Assembly: GCA_964187785.1 (NCBI GenBank)
Contig: OZ076409.1
Location: 17,052,001-17,116,000, forward strand
DNA from: Amphiscolops sp. MND2022
Lineage: Eukaryota
Direction: 5' to 3'
Length of the DNA: 64,000 nucleotides
A model generated the notes under the pieces. It did no database searches and was not told the DNA's origin. It saw nothing but the letters and a program-made list of their open reading frames with translations. How positions within the stretch are numbered: the stretch's first letter is position 1; every line of letters begins with the position of its first letter. Both the position numbers and the translations under genes were made by a program. Of the stretch, positions 24,820 through 36,072 are shown one piece after another.

Positions 24820-25845
24820 TGTGACCGTTATTGACACTGACTCGTGAATCTTATGTTTCGCTCATTTTTAGCTCCTTTCGTTCGAACACTTGGTATAAAA
24901 ACTGACGATGAATAGATAAATTGTTTAGATATTTAAAACACCCGATGTTGATGGGTGGACTTGATCAAGTGGAAGCGAACAGATTCACATTTAGAACAAC
25001 AATATTATAAACAAAGGTGTGATAGAATGATGGTTCAGAGTTCAATTCATGATGCAATATTGGAAAGTTCTCATTTTAAATGTCAATATCGTGACACTTC
25101 CACTCTTGAAAAAACTTCCCCATTGGTTGAAAAAAGACGCCGAAAATGCTCCAATCTTTGGTTCTTCCCACAAACAGTATCTCGTTTGCTACTACTTTGC
25201 CTGACCATCTGTGGGTTTCCCAGGCCCAAGATCTTTCAACAGAATGGCGGCGTAACTGGGAGTCATTGAAAAGAACAAATTGGACTACCAAATATTCTTC
25301 CCCGTGTTTTCAAAACTTTTCGCCCATTTTTGAAGTGTCAGCGTCACCATCATCCAAAATGTAATGGTTCTGCTACAGTCCGTCGGTCCCTCAGAAATGA
25401 GTTTGTAGATTTTCCGCTCAATATTTTCATACAGTCAAAGAGGTGACCTTCAAGAATTCGTGATAACTGCCTGCATTCCACAATATGTTGGAGGGAAACG
25501 CCGTCAATTGAAAAAGTAGCGATAGCTCAACTCTAGAATGTTTCATCGCATGTGTGAGTGTCGGCTCTTTGGCACCGCTCCTGGTCACCAACTCGTGAAT
25601 CTAATGTTTCGCTCATTTTTAGCTCCTTCCGTTCGAACACTTGGTATAAAAACTGACGATGAATAGATAAATTGTTTAGATATTTAAAACACCCGATGTT
25701 GATGGGTGGACTTGATCAAGTGGGAGCGAACAGATTCACATTTAGAACAACAATATTATAAACAAAGGTGTGATAGAATGATGGTTCAAACTTCAATTCA
25801 TGATGCAATATTGGAAAGTTCTTTTTAAATGTCAATATCGTGACA
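24820..25845 (-). mobile_element. Small non-autonomous LTR element (TRIM-like or internally deleted), nested in the Copia
   Basis: Direct repeats of ~255 bp at 24840-25096 and 25591-25845, each starting TGTCACGATATTG on the minus strand. PBS-like TGGTGACCAGG follows the upstream repeat and the purine tract AAGAGTGGAAG precedes the downstream repeat. No TSD found. Confidence 0.75.
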
Positions 25846-25961
25846 CACTGCAAGGAGGGAGGCTCTGCAGCGTGCAGCGTTTTGACACGTGTTTTTCTTT
25901 GCTATATCTTTCATTTAGCTTTAACGACACGCCCTCTCTGTACTAAGGGCACAAACAAGCT

Positions 25962-26255
25962 AAACAGAGGCGAAGCGGTGCTTCGCAACACATGACGAAG
26001 ACATCGATTATTTTAATATGCGTATATATATTATTTTAATCGCATGCGTATATATTCAACAGTTCAACTTTGTTCAATAACGTCCCTATGACACAGTGGT
26101 CAACACTTATGCCGTGCAATAGGGAGGCTGCAGGTTCGAAACTCTCTGGGGTTTTGGCTTTTTTCTAAAAGGCGCTCATCATAAAGTTGACTATAGTGGA
26201 AAAAAAATTTACTTAGCTGGACTGCAATGCACATTGACTTCGTCATGTGCAAAAA
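25962..26255. mobile_element. HINE-like element, family 2, second copy
   Basis: Near-identical to 22304-22586, including hairpin, subTIRs and tRNA-like segment. Confidence 0.75.
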
Positions 26256-26316
26256 CTAACTAGTGGTTTCAATACGCGCGGTCCCTTTAGAAAGAGTAAA
26301 GATTAAAAATACTTAT

Positions 26317-26625
26317 AACAAGCCGGGATGGCCCAAGTCGGCGCCATATCTAAGGCTCAAAAATAGCAAAAGGATTTCAAAGTGTCGAGTATTCTCTTCT
26401 ACAGTACCCGCATAAGGAAAAAATGGAAAAACATTTCCGAAATTTTTTGAAGTCTCCGGTAAGTCGCATAGTGCCGGAAAAATGTAAAAAGGAACATCCG
26501 TTTCTTTTGCCAAATAGAAAAATATTGAAGGGGGACCCTTTGGATACAATAAAAAAACTTGCGAGAAAAAGTCTCACAATGCCGAAATATCATGCACAAA
26601 AAAAATTGGTTAAGGGCGAGACTCG
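26317..26625. mobile_element. HINE-like element, family 1, truncated copy
   Basis: Starts AACAAGCCGGGATGGCCCAAGTCGGCGCCATATCTAAGGCTCAAAA, like 14003 and 14795. Confidence 0.7.
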
Positions 26626-29402
26626 AAAGCCCCACAACTCAACCAAGCCACCAACACAGCGATGCTGACCTCTCCACCAAAGCTGAAAGCTAAAGCTCAA
26701 ATCTCCACTGACGAAGGAAAAATACAAAGAAATATTAAGTGAATGTTTTATAGGCTTCCTCTAACAAAGGTTCTAACAAACTTTCTTGATATACCTCCAA
26801 GGGTCGGACCTACAGGGATCAATTTATATTGATCCGCCAAATGAAGTTGAAGAACTGCGCGTATGGCTTGGACGACGCATCACGTCATCGGTACCTTAAA
26901 GTACGTAAATTTAAGGAAAATAATGGATTTAATGTCACCCGACAAGATTCGTGTATCTTCTATTTATCTGTCAATAACAAATTGTGTGGTCTAGTTGCTT
27001 GTCATGTGGACAATTTCTTGTGGGCAGGGAATGAACGAATGGAGGAAGTCATTCTTTTTCAGAAAGAATACCTGGTCGGATCAGAAAGCAGCGTAAAATT
27101 TACATATTCGGGTTCTGAAATTGACAAAACCGATGGAATAAATAAATTATCCCAGAATCAGTTCATAAAGGACAAAATTAGGGAAAACCGATATGGAAGC
27201 CCAAAGACGACACTCAAAATCAGGATATCGAAGCATTAAGATCACTATTAGGTCAATTGTTATGGATAGCTACTCAAGCAAGACCAGATCTGTGTTTTGC
27301 GGTTTCTACCTGGCTCAAAAATCTTGATTCAGATGATACATTGAAGAAAATAAACAAGCTGGTAAAACAGCTGAAGTTTGAGAGTGGGTTTCATATAGTT
27401 TCCCTTGTTTTGATCTAGCAAAATCTCATATTCGTGTATATACAGACGCATCTCTAGCGAATAACTCAGATGGCACAACACAAGGAGGATTCATCATCAA
27501 GATTGTATTAGATGAATAAATGGTTCCAATTGCCTGGCAGTCCGGAAAACTTCACAGAGTAGTTTAGAGAACTCTGGGAGCCGAAACATTAGCACTCGTT
27601 GAAGGCCTGGACGCTTGTCTTTCAGTCGAATTTATAACTGCAATTACCCTTACAGTACTTGCTTTGGTGGACAACAAATCCCTGGTTGATAGTGGAAATC
27701 TCTGAAAATGTAACTGAAAGAAGATTGCGGACAGATGTTACATCCGTAAAGCGTTATCACATGAAAACGTCAGATTAGAGCATATTGGAGATGATAGACA
27801 ACTTGCAAACGTTATGACAAAAGCAGGTGGCAAGACATTAGAAGGAATCAAGAAAATGCTGTTGTCCAAAATTTTCCAGTGTTGATTTCGTTTTCATTGA
27901 ATATTAACTAATACATATACCAAGTTTTTAGATGATTAGACATACTTCTACATGTTTAACAAATAGCCCTCAGTTGTAGTAAAAATGGATGTGGGTTACA
28001 TAATCCGAAATCATCATTGTATGTACTCAGTTTACCTATACTGTAATCTTTAATGAAGATTCTTTATACTTGAAAAATTCAACTTCATACTTGAAGAATT
28101 CTTTATACTTGAAAAACAAGGGGAGACATCTCAATCGCCTGTTCATTCTTTCAGAACAAGTGTAGCTAAATTAAAGAATTAAAGTTCAAAAACTTTCAAA
28201 AAACGCTTTAAAATCTAACCTTTCTCCAATTGAATAGGAGTTGGCTCATATGCTGGATTCTGTTGCACCCCATCTGTTACTGGCAGCTGCCAGCCGATGT
28301 TACCCTCCATGACCGTTTAGTTAAGTAGATAATGCAGCATTAACATCTGAATCACAGTTACATTCAATCAACAATAAACATTCACAGAAAATTTATGTCA
28401 ATCATGATTTTTTTCTCCAGTGCTGAAACATCGTTTTCATGACCCCGCTGCAATTTACAACGTGGATTCTTTTTTACTTTTTTTCAATCTATCAGATATC
28501 ATGGATCTTCGTCATCAATCAAGTGCCATGTGTATCATCATGTTGGGGGGAGAAGACACACAACCGTGGTCTGCAACGAAAGTAAGGAACCCCATACCAG
28601 CCACTATACCAGCAGACCACTAACAAAAAAAACAACCAACAAACTACACAAACCAGCCACTATCCCAGTCGACTGGTAGAAATTTTAAAAGCTGCAATGA
28701 TATAGTTTTTAAAAAAATAAACTATATGTAATAAATTTCTTCGAACGCATCTCTGTCGCTCACAGTTCCCAGAACACAGGCTGCATTGCCAATCTGCAGA
28801 GCCATTGAAATCCGCTGCTTCAAAAAGCTGCCAGTTAGTTGATCGTCGTGCGAACGACAGAGCATTTTACAGAGACGCGTTATGAAAGTTTCATTGCTCT
28901 CGCCTAAACAACTCTGTACTTCCAAGGCCATCGGTTGAAAAAAGTATCTTTTGTCTATTAATTCGCGATACTCAATTTTACGCGCTTCAGCCTCGGTGGC
29001 GGTTTGCATAAAGAGGCTTGATTCAGGCGGATTCCGGACGTTTCCGCAGAAAAAATATGCCGAAACGTCTCAGGCTAAAAACATTTGCCGAAAAGTTTCG
29101 TATGATATGTGGGCATATCCGGTGGATACGGGACAATTTGCCGAAAGACAATTTGCCGAAAATTGACTCAGGGACAATTTGCCGAATTTTTTTCGGCAAA
29201 TTGTCCCTGACATTCGGCAAATTGGGTTTCCTCACCTAATATGGGGTCATATTCGGTGTATGCACGCTTGCCCTCACCGTCGCAAAGACCATCTCACACT
29301 ACGATCGTTTCGCGATCTCCGTTCCCGCTAGAGGTGCGTGGAATCAGGTCTACAGATCTAAGAGAGGGGGCAAAACTGAGATCTAAATAAATTGATCTAA
29401 AT

Positions 29403-29884
29403 CAGTGATTGCAAGTACTTGGTTTACCAGGAATTGGAATTGGTGAGCTACTATGGAATTGTGGGATTGGAATTGACCAATTCCAAGCGCAGGAATTGAA
29501 ATTGGAATTGGAAAGATTTAAGGAATTGGTCTGGAATCGGAAAACAAATTAGCGCGGAAAACTTGTAAATTTATCGCTTAGAAAAATACAAATGAACTAA
29601 AATTGCTTACAGTTTACAAACAAAAGAACCCAAAAATTGTGAATTCAAACTGCAAAAATGTATAACAAACAATGTATAATTAAGATGAACATGTTTGTTT
29701 ACGAACAAAAAGCAAATCAACTGAAAATGACTCAAGTAACCTGAAAATCAAAAATCAATTTAGTAATTGGAATTGGAATTGGGAATTGGAATTGAAATTT
29801 ACCAGGTTATTACTTGGAATTGGAATTGAAATGGGTGGGAATTGGAGTTGGTACCAAGTACTTGGAATTGGATTGAAAACACCG
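29403..29884. mobile_element. hAT-like MITE with GGAATT repeats
   Basis: 8-bp TSD ATCTAAAT at 29395-29402 and 29885-29892; termini CAGTGATT / AAACACCG; GGAATT arrays near both ends. Confidence 0.8.
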
Positions 29885-29904
29885 ATCTAAATATATAAAT
29901 TCTA

Positions 29905-30960
29905 GGAAAGAATGCGTCTATTTGCAGGCCATGATTTTACAAACATATGAAATTTACAAATGATCATGATTTCTTTGCATCAGGTGTTTAAGTTTTCACA
30001 AATTACAGAAACGGGACGTTTTTTTGATGAAGTCCAACAGGTTAATCATATCACTATGGCTTCTTTTTCTTATTAGTTCTTCAAATGACCCAAATTTTAT
30101 GTGCTCCTTTCTCAAGTTATTGTAAAAACTGCAGTGAAAGATAAAATGCGTAGTTGTCTCCTCGTGGTTGCAGATACAGAGTGGTGACGATGTTCTTGAT
30201 AATTGGTATTGAAAGTCTCGTAGGTTGCATTGGTTTGTGAGCATCTCAATTATCAGATCTTGGTATCAAAGGTTCTGTCGATTCTATTTGAGGGAATTCT
30301 GGCGATATATTTCTCAATCGGCGGTTCCATAATTCGATTCTATAGTGTTCACAGATTCGTTTTGAGTATTTTTCACCCGGTGCGATACCTGAAAATCTTG
30401 CAAAACCTCGGAGGCTGGATTGTAGTGACCTCGAAACCTTGCTATCGGAGTCTGATAAGGCTCTTGAACACTGGTCAGAGTCAAAACCGTTTTTATGGGC
30501 AAACTTAGCTTGTGATATTTGAATCTCAAGATCGATTGGAAATTGACTACATATGTATTACATTTTAGTGAGCTCGTGTTTGTGTTTGGTATTTGAAGAT
30601 TTCGATAATATCTTGTACCATAAGCTGCTTGTTCTGAATGCAGTGGGATTGGCCCAAATATGACTCAGGTATATCCACACGGGGATCACCACGCAATTCA
30701 TAAGTTTCAAAATGGTGGAAGGCGTGATGAATTGATTCTGTACAAGAGGTTCCAAAACTCCCATGGCTTTTTCTGCTTTTCTTGAACATTTCTCGAATTG
30801 TGCTGGAAAATTCAATTTGTTATCGATTGTGATACCGAGCGCTGTTGACTCTGTCGCGAACTTTATTGTGTTTCCTTGCAACACTATAATCTTTGTAGGT
30901 TCTCAGATTTCTTCACGGATACTTGAAAAGATGACAACTTCTGTTTTCGGCCCCGAGATT
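29905..30960 (-). mobile_element. 5'-truncated LINE fragment (RT C-terminus plus CCHC zinc finger)
   Basis: KT-EVVIFS, LGITIDNKLNF and CICNHEETTTHFIFHC..Y motifs of APE-type LINE ORF2 C-termini. Confidence 0.85.
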
Positions 30961-31920
30961 TTAATCTAAATTGATCTAAAATAATCAGGTCTAAAAATCT
31001 CTTCTAATTTGATCTAATTTGAGAAAAACAATAAGTCAATGAGGATCTAAAACTAAAAAGTGATATAAAGTATAAAACGTGCCTCGGATATGTCCCCATT
31101 TCCTCTAGTGCCCCGCGGCCCCTTGGGGTCGCCTATATTTTCATCTTGCTAAGCGAGGTCGAACAGGAGCAAAGACCTAGTGGGAACGGATATCGCGAAG
31201 CGATCGTAGTGGGAGCTGGTCTTTGCGACGGTGAGGGCGAGCGTGCATACATCGCACATGCCCCACATTATATTTTCAATTCCAGAACACATATCAGATC
31301 ATAATGGGGTTAGACTAAGTATTTTAGATAAATATAGATCTGAAAGTTAGACCTAAATTTAGACCTGAATTAGATCTGAAGTTTAGATCTAATTCCATTA
31401 GACCTAATGAAAAAGATCAAAGGCGTACACTCCCCCGCTTGGTCTTTGCTCCTGTTCGACCTCGCTTAGCAAGATGGGAATATAAGCGGCCCCAAGGGTC
31501 CACGGGGCACTAGAGGAAATGAGACATATCCGAGGCACGTTTTACGCTTTGCATCAATCCTACATTAATGGTCTTATCGTTTGTCTTCATTTCCAGGATT
31601 TTACAAACTGGTATTGTTCATACTGGGCCTAACCAGTTTGTAGAAAACCAAAAACAAAACCAAGATAATACGGGACGTTTCAGCATGAAGAAGTTTGCCG
31701 AATCGTCTCGAGATTTTTTTTGCCGAAACGTCCTGCTCCCATTCAGGCGACTGGGTGCAAGAGCATCCACAACCGTGACATCCCACACCAACTGTTTACC
31801 CATTTCCCAAGGATACATGGTAAGACCGTCAGGGCGTTTGCCATCGGTTCGGTACAGTCCACGCGGTTCGAGCATTGAAAGCAAGTCGAGAGATTCCAAT
31901 GTCTGCTTTATGAGAGAATT

Positions 31921-32419
31921 GGGTGGGCCGAAATAGGTCGAAGGATCGCTATCGAGAATCAGAGTTAGTCCTCGGGTCGACATACTAAATTTTTGAATGG
32001 GATCGAAACAACTCGGTTCGAAATTTTGATTTTTGGGAAACAAATCGATAGAATTTTCTAGAAAAGTATAAAACGTGTCTCGGATATGTCTCCATTTCCT
32101 CTAGTGCCCAGCGGCCCCTTGGGGCCGCCTATGTTCCCATTTTGCTAAGCAAGGTCGAATAGGAGCAAAGACCTAGCGGGAACGGAGATCGCGAAGCGAA
32201 CGTAGTGGAAGCTGGTCTTTGCGACGGTGAGGGCGAGCGTGTATACACAGCATAAGCCCCACATTATAATAGTCAATCGACTTGAGGCAAACAAAGAACG
32301 TTTTCGACACGAAGGATTCGATCAATTTCGAAGGCACACCATTCGATCCCTGCAATTTGATCAAAAATTTCGACCACTGTCCTTTCGACCAGAAAAAATC
32401 GACCTTTTTACAGCCACCC
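31921..32419. mobile_element. Mutator-like MITE with 9-bp TSD inserted in CRE copy 1
   Basis: TSD GAGAGAATT at 31912-31920 and 32420-32428; TIR GGGTGG...AGGTCGA / TCGACCT...CCACCC; TCGA-rich subterminal repeats. Confidence 0.88.
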
Positions 32420-33582
32420 GAGAGAATTGAGAGTAGCATGACATGAGAAGCGACCAGCATTCTTGGTGCAAAAAAGACCATGTAAATAGTCCCGTTCAAC
32501 TCTTTTACCACAATGGCACGTATGCGCAACGCAGATGTTGGCACCGAGACGCAAACCAATTGAAATTCGAAGTTGCTGATCATCAAGTTTCAGGCCTAGG
32601 TTCTTACAGGGAACAACGTTGAGCCCTTGAGACCCGAATTTACCTTGATGCGCGTTAAAAACTTTTGAACGTTTGTCATCCATTCTGGAAATCAAATCTT
32701 GGGCAGTTTTGACGTAGACAGGTTGTGTCCAAATTTTCTGAGTCCCATGAGGAATTTCCTGTTCACTCATCAAACTCAACCACTTCTCAAGTGCTTTTGT
32801 AAACGAAACATCTTCGAATGTTTCCGAGAAAATCGTCGTGAGAAAGTCACTCACACCAAAAGCTGAGGCTAGAAAGCCGGGAAGCGCTGATAATGATGCG
32901 AATGAAACCCCAAGAGCACCCATCTCAGCAGGCAGAGCCAGCTGAGTACTCGAAATATTGTCGAAGTTCACGTTACACACTTTGGAAAGCCCGTCGCGCA
33001 CGGTTTTGTCATATTTCTCCAAGAGAGCTGGATGATTAAAAAATGTACTGGTTCTCAGGAAGTACAACAACCTTGTCAAACTGAAGTAATTTTTCAACAT
33101 GAAAAAAAACCATAGTGCGCATCTAGTTTTTCAACAATTCCGTTAACTTTTTCCAGTTCATCAAATTTTTTTCCAACAAGTCTGCTTGTTTTTCGGGCTA
33201 AGCTGTGAACCAAGAAGGATAAGTTCATCTTTCTTTGCTGTGTTGATCCCGGGGCAAAGTTTTTGGAAAGATGCTAAAGTTGTCGATCGTCGTTTTTCAG
33301 TGATGTCACCAGGGAAAAAGACTTAACATTTCGTGGGTTTAATTTTGAGTCCCAGCGTTCTTTCCGCTTCAACAACTTTTTGAGATCTTTCACATCATCA
33401 CTTAAAATTCCATTGTCAAAGTACCATAAGTTTATTTTTGACTCCAAACTGTCAATCAGATCCTGAATGGAATCCGAAAACAAAGCTGGAGACTCAGGAT
33501 CTCCTTGCTGGGTCCCTTCACAAGATATTGATTACTGAATCACCGTAAAAACGTGGAATTGAACACAACCATGGTCTCTGGA

Positions 33583-34090
33583 TGCTTGCAGCAATAAAGT
33601 CGCATTTTGACTCGTCGAATGAACAATGTAGATGAATAACGTCGAATGAATAGCGTAGAATTTAGTCGAACAGATTTGAGTCGAATTCGTGTCGAATTTT
33701 TGTCGAATTTGGTCGAATCAAAATTTTAGGTTCAAGAAAGGTTAGGTACTTTTCCCCATCTAATATGTGGTCATATAGTGTGTATGCACGCTCACCCTCA
33801 CCGTCGCAAAGACCAGCTCCCACTACGATCGCTTCGCAATTTCCGTTCCCGCTAGGTCTTTGCTCCTGTTCGACCTCGCATAGCAAGATGGAAATATAGG
33901 CGACCTCAAGGGGCCGCGGGGCCCTAGAGGAAATGGAGCATATCCGAGGGCCAAAACATTATTTGACCATTTCACATTTGCAGTGACATCGACGCAATTA
34001 TTTCGACATAAGTCCGTCGACGATGGTACTTCGACGCTAGTTATACGGTTCAAATTCGACTTCAGTCGTTCGACTTTATTGCTGCACACT
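33583..34090. mobile_element. Mutator-like MITE with 9-bp TSD
   Basis: TSD GTCTCTGGA at 33574-33582 and 34091-34099; TIR TGCAGCAATAAAGTCG / CGACTTTATTGCTGCA; GTCGAA repeats. Confidence 0.88.
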
Positions 34091-34234
34091 GTCTCTGGAC
34101 ACAAGATAGCAATCTATAATTTTAGGATTCTTGACAAAACGAACATGCTCCAGGTAATAGTGGTAACAAGACGGGAATGTCTCAAGTCAGGCCCCTCTTA
34201 AGGCACAAAATTTTTTATTCTGTTCTTTTCTTTC

Positions 34235-35995
34235 CCTCTATCAGTTATCTTGGATCTTCGTCATCAATCAAGTGCCATGTGTATCATCATGTTATGTTGG
34301 GGGGAGAAATCACACACCCGTGGTCTGCAACGAACGTAGGGAACCCCATACTAGCCACTATCCCAGTAGACCAGTAACAAAAATACCAACCAAAATACTA
34401 CTCATAGTACTCTTACTACTCAACCACTATCCCAGTCGAATGGTAGAAATTTAAAAAACTGTAATGATATAGGGTTTTTTTTAAAAAAAATAAATTATAA
34501 GTAATAAATTTCTTCGAGCGCATCTCTGTCGCTCACAGTTCCCAGAACACAAGCTGCATTGCCAATCTGCAGAGCCATTGAAATCCGCTGCTTCAAAAAG
34601 CTGCCAGTTAGTTGATCGTCGTGCGGACGACAGAGCATTTTACAGAGACGCGTGATGAAAGTTTCATTGCTCTCGCCTAAAGAACTCGGTACTTCCAAGG
34701 CCATCGCTTGAAAAATGTATCTTTTGTCTAATAATTCGCGATACTCAATTTTACGCGCTTCAGCTTCGGTGGCGGTGGTTCCCGGGTTGCATAAAGAGCC
34801 TTGATACAGGCGACTGGGTGCAAGAGCATCCCCAACCGTACATCACTCACCAGCTGTTCACGCAATTCCCAAGGAATCATGGTAACACCGTTTGGGCGTT
34901 TGCCATCGGTTCGGTACAGTCCACGCGGTTCGAGCATTGAAGGCAAGTCGAGAGATACCAACGTCTGCTTTATGAGTGAATCGAAAGTAGCATGACGTCA
35001 GAAGCGACCAGTACTCTTGGTGCAAGAAAGACAGTGTAAACCGTCCCGTTCAATTTTTTTACCACAGTGGCACGTATGCGCAGCGCAAATGTTGGCTCTG
35101 AGACGTAAACCATCAGAAATCCGAAGTTCCTGATCATCAAGTTTCAGGCCTAGGTTCTTACATGGAACGACGTTGAGCCCTTGAGACCCGAATATGCCTT
35201 GATGAGCGTTAAAAACTTTCGAACGTTTGCCATCCATTCTAGAATTTGATTTTTGGGCAGTTTTGACGACGACAGGTTGTGTCCAATTTTTCTGGGTTCC
35301 ACCGAGAGGACTTTCTTGTTCATTCGTCAAACTCAACCATTTCTCGAGCGCTTTTGTAAATGAAACACTTTCGAATGTTTCCGAGAAAATCGTCGTGAGA
35401 AAGTCACTCACGCCAAAAGCTGAGGCCAAAAAGGCGGGAAGTGCTAATTATGATGCTGTTGACACCCGAAGATCACCCATTGCAGCAGGCAGAGCCAGCT
35501 GAATACTCGAAATATTATCGAAATTCACGTTCCACAATTCGGAAAGCCTGTCGGGTACGGTTTTGTCATACTTTTCCAAGAGAGCTGTGTGATTAAAACA
35601 TGTAGTGGTTCTCAGGACGTACAACAAATTTGGCAGACTGAAGCAATTTTTCAACATAAAAACCATAGTGCGCATCTAGTTTTTCAACAAATCCGTTAAC
35701 TTTTTCCAGTTCATTAATTTTCTTTTCCAACAAGTCTGCTTGTTATTTCGGGTCGAGCGGTGAACCAAGAATGAAAAGAAAACTTGGTTGACTTTACGCC
35801 GTTTGTGAGTACTTGTTATCTTCAGGATGTATTTCGAAAGTTTTCTCTAGCATGAATTGTCGTTTAATCGAATTGAAAGCGTTTTCAAAGACAATTTTCA
35901 AAATTACGTTTTCTTTGGGCTGGGGGCTTTCTATCAGACAACGGAAAACATGTGAGGCCAATTCAGCGCCCCTTTTGGTGCCTACACCTACTTGT
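34235..35995 (-). mobile_element. Decayed CRE-like non-LTR retrotransposon, copy 2 (5'-truncated, internal deletion near 35780)
   Basis: QVGVGTKRGAE and FENAFNSI (RT), CHCGKK...HCLSC, KRPNG and QRISMALQIGNAACV; highly similar to copy 1. Confidence 0.9.
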
Positions 35996-36072
35996 CGGCT
36001 TCCGCATTGTGCCTGACGTGCACCCGCTATCTCAATCAGGGCTTTGCAATAAATAAGTGCAAGAATTTTTGG

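Larger units (their letters stand above)
23560..28130 (+). mobile_element. Decayed Ty1/Copia LTR retrotransposon (gag, CCHC knuckle, protease, RT, RNase H; integrase not seen), interrupted by younger insertions at 24.7-26.8 kb
   Basis: YETWVEEVEKWSKIT (gag), RCTLCGSTYHFAKDCP (CX2CX4HX4C), LIDTGC (protease), YGLDDASR and HVDNFLWAG (Copia RT), YTDASLAN...TQGGFII and RTLGAETLAL (RNase H). There is a purine tract AAACAAGGGGAGA at ~28114. Many stops and frameshifts. Confidence 0.92.
29332..31432. mobile_element. GATCTA-repeat TIR-like element nested in the 29030-31740 element
   Basis: It splits the GC-rich core at CCCGCTAG / CCCGCTTG (imperfect duplication). (A)GATCTA/AGACCT repeats occur at 29348-29400, 30960-31050 and 31310-31420. 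TIRs are weak. Confidence 0.6.
29030..31740. mobile_element. TIR element (Mutator-like MITE) inserted in CRE copy 1, itself hosting further insertions
   Basis: TSD ATTCAGGC(G) at 29021-29029 and 31741-31749; termini share GGACGTTTC.GCA.AAAAA in inverted orientation; internal GACAATTTGCCGAA repeats. Confidence 0.85.
28480..33550 (-). mobile_element. Decayed CRE-like (RT + restriction-like endonuclease) non-LTR retrotransposon, copy 1, in pieces 33550-32420, 31920-31741 and 29029-28480
   Basis: GTQQGDP and WYFDNG (RT), CHCGK...HGLFC (CCHC), KRPDG...WDVTVVD (RLE), FQPMALE and QRISMALQIGNAACV. The 3' UTR is shared with the other two copies. Confidence 0.9.

Noticed and set aside
29430..29870. 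GGAATT runs as telomeric or centromeric satellite
   Set aside because: They are short and confined within an element bounded by an 8-bp TSD, so they are MITE subterminal repeats.
31071..31272. GC-rich module as a hammerhead/HDV ribozyme or canonical Helitron 3' end
   Set aside because: There is no CTGANGA...GAAA core and I could not build an HDV double pseudoknot by eye. The hairpin-CTAG is followed by A rather than T and homology continues ~35 bp beyond it.
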